Origin: an uncultured Methanosarcinales archaeon
Lineage (GTDB): Archaea > Nanobdellota > Nanobdellia > Woesearchaeales > DSVV01
DNA length: 34,335 nucleotides
Assembly: GCA_964593285.1 (NCBI GenBank)
Contig: CAZQHZ010000014.1
Coordinates: 1 to 34,335 of the forward strand
Direction of reading: 5' to 3'
A program made the translations under genes and the position numbers. The notes under the pieces are model-generated. The model saw nothing but the letters and a program-made list of their open reading frames with translations, was not told where the DNA came from and made no database searches. The first letter of the stretch is position 1, and each line of letters opens with the position of its first letter. Shown piece after piece: positions 28,595-34,335 of this stretch.

Positions 28595-29857
28595 ATGAAA
28601 TATCTAGAAGATAATTTTTTAAATCATTTAAATAATACAAATGAAACATTTACAATAATAAATGATAGACTTTATACATTTTCAAAAATAGATTCAAATT
28701 TAAAAAATAATTATCTATATCATAATAATCTTAAAATTAAGCTTGAAGAAAGTGAAAAAATATCTAATCTTGAAGAAAAATTATTTCAAATAAATAAAGA
28801 ATTAATCAAAAAAGATCTTGTTTATAATATTAAAAAAGAAATAGATTGTAATTATAATGAGATAATAAATTTTAAAAAAACAATTGATTCATATAATGAT
28901 GATAATTTTATGAAAAATTTTATAGTTAATTATTTATTTAAAAATTATTGTTCAACAGATAAAATTCCTTTAGATTCATTAAAAATAGAAAAATTTGATA
29001 ATAAAAAAATACAAAATAAAAATTTATCATATCTAAATATTAATACATCATATTTTAGTAAAAATTATGATTTAGGTTTATTAACAATCGATTCTAAATG
29101 TTATATTTTAAAAACAAAAAATAATAATTCAAAAAATAATCAATACTTAATGCTTAATAATAAAAAATTATATCTAACAAAATCATTCCATATAAAAGAA
29201 TTAACTGAAAATTATAATAATGCAATAAAAAATTATCTATTATATTTATTTAAAAAAAAATCTCCAGAAATAAAAAAATATATCAAATTTTTAGATGAAA
29301 ATAACAAAAAGATAATGAAAATAAAAAATAATTCAAATGAATTATCAATAGGTAAATTATCATGCAAAAAAATAAATGAAAATAAATATAAGATAAATAA
29401 AAAAATTCCTGCTTTTATTTTTGGGTTTAAAAGTAAATATTATCATTTTCCTGAAACTGAAATGTATATTGATTTGATAAAAAATAAAAATTCTATTGAA
29501 TTTTTAAATAAACCTTCTATTTCAAATAAAAACTTACCATATAATCATCCCTTTGTCTACATTGATGGAAGAATATGTTTAGGCAATGATTCAATAAATA
29601 ATCTTGAAAATTTCAATTTTTTTACAGATAAAAATTATGATCTAAAAAATCTTAATTTAATTGCAAAAGCAATTACAAATTCATTTGAAAAAACACAGTC
29701 TGTTCTTGAAAAAGGATTTTTTTTATCAAATATAGTTCCAGCAGATGGCTTGTGGAAAAATAATGCAAAAATAATTGCAAGTAATATTAGTGATGCAAAA
29801 AAATTTGCAAAAAAAAATAATATATCTAACAGAATTTTTGAACAAAACGCAAAATGA
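28595..29857 (+). CDS. E2/UBC-like protein (prokaryotic E2 family) with N-terminal extension
   Basis: PYNHPFVYIDGRICLG matches the E2 active-site signature HPN(V/I)..(D/N)G.ICL; candidate catalytic Cys328 (29576-29578); adjacent to an E1. Confidence 0.68.
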   Translation: MKYLEDNFLNHLNNTNETFTIINDRLYTFSKIDSNLKNNYLYHNNLKIKLEESEKISNLEEKLFQINKELIKKDLVYNIKKEIDCNYNEIINFKKTIDSYNDDNFMKNFIVNYLFKNYCSTDKIPLDSLKIEKFDNKKIQNKNLSYLNINTSYFSKNYDLGLLTIDSKCYILKTKNNNSKNNQYLMLNNKKLYLTKSFHIKELTENYNNAIKNYLLYLFKKKSPEIKKYIKFLDENNKKIMKIKNNSNELSIGKLSCKKINENKYKINKKIPAFIFGFKSKYYHFPETEMYIDLIKNKNSIEFLNKPSISNKNLPYNHPFVYIDGRICLGNDSINNLENFNFFTDKNYDLKNLNLIAKAITNSFEKTQSVLEKGFFLSNIVPADGLWKNNAKIIASNISDAKKFAKKNNISNRIFEQNAK

Positions 29858-29864
29858 TTTTAAA

Positions 29865-31379
29865 ATGACTAGTTCGATATATAAAAATATTATTACATGG
29901 GGAAAAGAAAATCAAAAAAAGATTTCAAATTACCATGTTTGTATATTAGGTTCAGACATATTATCTCAAATGCTATTATCATGCCTTGCAGGAATTGGTA
30001 TTGGACAGATAAGTATATTAGACAATGAAAGAATTTATAGAAAAAATAAAAATTTTTTAATAGAAAATGTTGACAATAATTTAGGTCTAGAAAAAGTATA
30101 TTTTATCAAATATGTATTAAATCTTATAAATGAAGATATTAAAATAAATCCTATATTTTCAAAATTAAATGAAGCATTAATGTATTCTTTAAAACCAAAT
30201 ATAATAATTGATGCAACAAATGATATTTACAATAAAGAATTATCCACATTTTATGCATATAAAAATAAACTTCCATATATCTCATTATTTTCTGATAATA
30301 GTGGATGTAGCTTAACAACATATTATCCAAATAAAAAAAATTCTAAAAAAAACTTTCATAATAGCCTTGAAAATATAATTAATAATTGTAAAGATAATAA
30401 TTCACAAGATATATCAACAAGTGGAATTATATCAGGAATTGCATGCGAAGAAATTAGAAAAATATTGTTTAAATATGATGAAAAAGATTTAATTTTAGAT
30501 TCTAATGAATCAATAACTTATGATACAAATAGTAATAATAGTAATAATAATAGAAAAAATATATTAACTAAAAAAAATAATTATCTAAAAAAAAAGTTAA
30601 AACTATTGATTGCGGGCAGTGGTGCAATTGGAAATATTGTTGCATTAAATTGTGCATTTCAAAATGTTGATAGAATAGATATAATTGATTATGATAAAAT
30701 AGAAAAACATAATCTTAATCGACAGATATTACTTTATGATGAAATTAATGAATACAAATCAAAAATTATTGCAAAAAGAATAAAAAACATAAATCCAGAA
30801 ATTAATATTGGTTATTGTATTGGAAAAATTGGTGAATTAACAAAAAAAGAAGATATTGAATTTTTAAAAAATATCTATAAAAATGATAAAAAAGATTGGT
30901 TATCTAGAAATAATAATCAAAATTTTATCAGTTTTAAAGAATATCAAAATAAATTTTTCAAAACAAATGATAAAACAATTTCTTTAATTGATGAAGATTT
31001 ACTTAAAGAAAAAAAATATGACATAATATTTGGATGTCTTGATAATAAATATCCAAGAATTTGGCTTGATATAATGTCAAAAAGATATAATATACCATAT
31101 GTAGATGGAGGCACAAATTCATACATGGGACAAGCTGATTTTTATTATCCAAATAAAACTAATACAATTTCCAATCAAAAAGGTTTATTATCATATAAAT
31201 TTCCAGATGAATTTATTTCTTGTATAGACCAACCTGAAGGTAGCGTTGTTATGTCAAATATGATTATTGGAAGTTTAATGGTAAAAGAAGGTTTAAATTA
31301 TCTTAATAAAGATAAAAAAAATATAAAAACACCAATAAAATACAATTGCAGAACAAAAGAAAAGCTTTCATATGGCTAA
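29865..31379 (+). CDS. E1/ThiF-family activating enzyme with tandem inactive and active adenylation domains
   Basis: Domain 1 WGKENQKKI..VCILGSDILS (degenerate Gly loop); domain 2 IAGSGAIG, IIDYDKIEKHNLNRQ, GCLDN..R, YVDGGT; candidate catalytic Cys in FISCIDQP (31221-31223); start moved to ATG 29865. Confidence 0.88.
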   Translation: MTSSIYKNIITWGKENQKKISNYHVCILGSDILSQMLLSCLAGIGIGQISILDNERIYRKNKNFLIENVDNNLGLEKVYFIKYVLNLINEDIKINPIFSKLNEALMYSLKPNIIIDATNDIYNKELSTFYAYKNKLPYISLFSDNSGCSLTTYYPNKKNSKKNFHNSLENIINNCKDNNSQDISTSGIISGIACEEIRKILFKYDEKDLILDSNESITYDTNSNNSNNNRKNILTKKNNYLKKKLKLLIAGSGAIGNIVALNCAFQNVDRIDIIDYDKIEKHNLNRQILLYDEINEYKSKIIAKRIKNINPEINIGYCIGKIGELTKKEDIEFLKNIYKNDKKDWLSRNNNQNFISFKEYQNKFFKTNDKTISLIDEDLLKEKKYDIIFGCLDNKYPRIWLDIMSKRYNIPYVDGGTNSYMGQADFYYPNKTNTISNQKGLLSYKFPDEFISCIDQPEGSVVMSNMIIGSLMVKEGLNYLNKDKKNIKTPIKYNCRTKEKLSYG

Positions 31380-31411
31380 AAAATTATTAACTAAAAAAAT
31401 TAACTAACTAG

Positions 31412-33217
31412 CTAATCAAATTTTACTAATTCTCCTTTTTGCATTATATAATGTTTTTGATTGTTTGAATCAATTCCATAAATATCTAATTTTTGTGCTT
31501 TTGCATCAATTACAATATCACTATGATATTCTGTTGCCCTATCTTCTTCAAATCCAGAACCAATAGCCACATGAATCATCCCTGCAATTTTTTCATTTAC
31601 AATTAAATAATCACACAATTTTGCTTTTGGATTTGTATTAACTGCAAATTCACCAATTAAGTTAAAATTTTTCTTTTTAATATCAATTATTTTTTTTGGA
31701 AGTGATTTAAACTTTTCTTGTTTTTTAATTAAATTCCAAGCTTGTTTTTTTTTAGTGTTAATTTTTTCAATAATTTTTTTTGGTCCATCTATTATTTTAT
31801 ATTTTTTTTTAGTTGAAGAAATAACTAAAGGTTTTTTTTTATTTAATGGATAACTCTCATCAATATTAATTACAACATCACCAACAATTAAACCAGTAAC
31901 AAATTCAGGAGTTAAAAACATCTCACCACCAGGTAAATTTGCCATAGTTCCTGCTTTAATTTTCGTTTTTTTAAAAAAATTTTTATTAATTAAATTTCTA
32001 ATTTCAACATCTGACCCTTTAACTTCTCTTCTTTTACCATCCTTTTTAATTAAACCAACTTCAAAATTTGTTAAATATTTTTTGTTAGATTTAACTTTAG
32101 ATTCAACAATTATTTTTTCACATTTAATTGCAATTTTTTTTAAAAAAACATTTTTAGCTTTAATTTCATCCCAATTTACATTACAAGTTTCAATAAAAAT
32201 TTCTATTGGAAGTGTTTCAGTAAAACCAACTCTTGCTTTTGGAGGTCTTGTTTCAAATTTAGTTTGAGGGGCATAACTTGGTTTATAAATAATTCCTGCA
32301 GGATTTTGCCATCGTGATTTTTTATTAGGCGTTGGATACCCTATTTTTTGACCAAAACTATGACTACCAGGATAGCCCTTTCCAGAAATAAAAAAATTAG
32401 CAGAACTAAATTTAATTTTAGATGTTTTAATAAATTTAGATAATTCTTTAAATTTTTTAAATATATCTTCATTAATATTTTTTGACAGCTCACATCCAAT
32501 AAGTAAAGATTTAAAATCGTTAATTTTTTCCATTTTATCAAGCATAGATTTTTTTTGACTAAAACCTTGCATTGAAATATTATTTGTAATATTTAATGCA
32601 GAATTAGCCATTTTGTAACAAATAAAATAAGAATCTAAATAATCAAATAATTTATTACCTAATATTTTTTTATTTGGAATAAGTAAAAATCCAATTGAAA
32701 TATTTTCATTTTTTTTCAAATTATAAACATTATTCCAAATATTATCTGCAGTATTAAGTAATAATTTTGGTTTTCTTTTTTTAATCCAATTAATTTTATA
32801 CTCTAAATTAAAACTACCATAAAAGCCATCTTTATTACATCTTAAAATGTAATCTGGTGCTTTAAATAAATGCTCAATTTCTTTTGTTTTTAATTTTTTC
32901 TCAACAGATTTTAAAAAATTACTTAAAGCTAAAACACTTTTATTTTTTGATTTATTTTTAAATTGTTTATATATTTTCCAAGAATTAATCATACTTTCTA
33001 AAATAAATGAATCATTATTAAAACACATAACATGTAAATTAGCACCTAATTCATCTAATGCCATTGAAAGTGCTGCTGTTGAAAAGAATGCTTTTTCATT
33101 TTCTAAATCAAATATTAATAAAAAATTCTTTGACTTAACAATTCCTAACTTTTTTTTATAATAATTAACACAATCTAAAAATTTTTTCTCATCATATTTT
33201 TTTATTTTTAAAACCAT
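31412..33217 (-). CDS. M29-family (thermophilic metalloprotease/aminopeptidase T-like) peptidase
   Basis: NLPGGEMF, GEFAVNTN, NEKIAGMIHVAIG, HSD motifs; start likely ATG 33217 after GAGG. Confidence 0.75.
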   Translation of the reverse strand: MVLKIKKYDEKKFLDCVNYYKKKLGIVKSKNFLLIFDLENEKAFFSTAALSMALDELGANLHVMCFNNDSFILESMINSWKIYKQFKNKSKNKSVLALSNFLKSVEKKLKTKEIEHLFKAPDYILRCNKDGFYGSFNLEYKINWIKKRKPKLLLNTADNIWNNVYNLKKNENISIGFLLIPNKKILGNKLFDYLDSYFICYKMANSALNITNNISMQGFSQKKSMLDKMEKINDFKSLLIGCELSKNINEDIFKKFKELSKFIKTSKIKFSSANFFISGKGYPGSHSFGQKIGYPTPNKKSRWQNPAGIIYKPSYAPQTKFETRPPKARVGFTETLPIEIFIETCNVNWDEIKAKNVFLKKIAIKCEKIIVESKVKSNKKYLTNFEVGLIKKDGKRREVKGSDVEIRNLINKNFFKKTKIKAGTMANLPGGEMFLTPEFVTGLIVGDVVINIDESYPLNKKKPLVISSTKKKYKIIDGPKKIIEKINTKKKQAWNLIKKQEKFKSLPKKIIDIKKKNFNLIGEFAVNTNPKAKLCDYLIVNEKIAGMIHVAIGSGFEEDRATEYHSDIVIDAKAQKLDIYGIDSNNQKHYIMQKGELVKFD

Positions 33218-33233
33218 CTTTACAAAACCTCTT

Positions 33234-34304
33234 TTATTTGTCAATAATAATTAATTCTTTTTTTGTTTTAGTTAAAACAATACATTTATTTTTTTTAACT
33301 AAAATAGTATCTTCAATTCTAACCCCAAATTTATTTTCAAAATAAATCCCAGGTTCAATTGCAATAGTCATATTTTCATATAAAATATCTTTTGAACTTG
33401 AATTAATACTAGGACATTCATGAATATTAACACCAACACCATGACCTAATGCATGAATAAAATTTTTACTATATTTTCCTAAACTTTTTCTTGTAAAATT
33501 ATCAATATCACTTGATTTTATATTATCTTTAATCATTTTTATTGAATTAATTTGTGTATTTAAAACTAAATTATACATTTCTAATTCAAATTTATTTGGC
33601 TTTCCAATATAAAAAGTTCTTGAAATATCTGATTTATAACCTAAATAATCAACACCAAAATCAATTAACAAAAAACCATTTTTTATTTTTGAATTTAATT
33701 TTGAATAATGAGGAAAGCTAGAATTAATAGATGATGCAATAATTATATCAAATGATGGCTTACAATTATTATCATATATTTTTTTTAATAAAAATGCTTT
33801 TGCACATTTTTCTGTTTTAAAATTTTTAATATTATTAATAAAATCATTTAAGATTAAATCAGTAATTTTACATGCTTTTTTTATTTTTGTAATTTCATCA
33901 TTATCTTTTATTGATAAAATCAAATTAACTTCATTAGGAAAATCTAAAAATTTTGTTTTTTTAAAATATTTTTTTAATTTATTTAATTCAAATAAACTAA
34001 TTTTTTTAAAATCAATCATTATTTTAGTTAATTTTTTATTTTTTAATAAATTAAAAATTTCTAAAAATAAATTTTGATTAAAACAAAGTAATTTTGAATT
34101 TTTGATGTTTTTTTTCGCAAAAGAATACTCCATTTTTGAAACAAAACAATTTAAGTTTCCTTTTTTTGGTATAATTAAGAAACTATAATCTACATTTAAA
34201 TTTACAAGAGAATAAATTCTTTTATCTTTATTAAAAATATTTGAAAAAAATATACAGTCAATATCATTTTTTGACAAATATTTTTGTAATTTATTTATTT
34301 TCAT
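33234..34304 (-). CDS. Xaa-Pro aminopeptidase/prolidase (M24B)
   Basis: FPH, IDFG..YKSDISRT, HALGHGVG..IHE, IEPGIY, GVRIED. Confidence 0.93.
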   Translation of the reverse strand: MKINKLQKYLSKNDIDCIFFSNIFNKDKRIYSLVNLNVDYSFLIIPKKGNLNCFVSKMEYSFAKKNIKNSKLLCFNQNLFLEIFNLLKNKKLTKIMIDFKKISLFELNKLKKYFKKTKFLDFPNEVNLILSIKDNDEITKIKKACKITDLILNDFINNIKNFKTEKCAKAFLLKKIYDNNCKPSFDIIIASSINSSFPHYSKLNSKIKNGFLLIDFGVDYLGYKSDISRTFYIGKPNKFELEMYNLVLNTQINSIKMIKDNIKSSDIDNFTRKSLGKYSKNFIHALGHGVGVNIHECPSINSSSKDILYENMTIAIEPGIYFENKFGVRIEDTILVKKNKCIVLTKTKKELIIIDK

Positions 34305-34335
34305 TTTAAAATTAGTTAGATAGATATTATATAAA

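Noticed and set aside
29775..29864. N-terminal extension of the E1 in the ORF track
   Set aside because: TTG start inside the E2 gene; the ATG at 29865 follows the E2 stop by 7 nt
29865..31379. E1 as a housekeeping MoeB/ThiF/UbaA sulfur-carrier activator
   Set aside because: Tandem domains, absence of Zn CxxC pairs, an adjacent E2-like gene and no cofactor-biosynthesis neighbours argue against it
21830..31379. Accessory block as a provirus or transposon
   Set aside because: No integrase, transposase, capsid or terminase motif and no terminal repeats were seen

Overview
Very AT-rich archaeal chromosome segment, DPANN/Woesearchaeota-like by inference from gene content (rpoD, rpoN, eL18, PAN, archaeal BRE/TATA promoters). 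The left two thirds is mostly housekeeping: a partial tRNA-His, a PhoH-like ATPase, the uS13-uS4-uS11-rpoD-tRNA-Leu-eL18-uL13-uS9-rpoN operon, an SRP RNA that appears to lack helix 6, a CheY-like receiver, tRNA-Arg/tRNA-Cys, a type IV pilus/T2SS ATPase and platform protein with accessory membrane genes, a phosphomannomutase, a Trm5 carrying an inserted TIM-barrel domain, a candidate C/D-type sRNA, PAN and a homocysteine S-methyltransferase. The main find is an accessory block at about 21.8-31.4 kb that looks like a complete ubiquitin-like conjugation system. It encodes a coiled-coil protein, a small protein ending GG plus a 6-aa tail (candidate pro-Ubl), a JAB/MPN+ protease, an E2-like protein (HPxV..DG.ICLG) and a tandem inactive+active adenylation-domain E1. 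Its two predicted transcription units share a conserved operator/promoter motif. M29 and M24 aminopeptidase genes end the window. There is a 100-N scaffold gap at 28414-28513. All calls come from reading motifs by eye; no searches were run.
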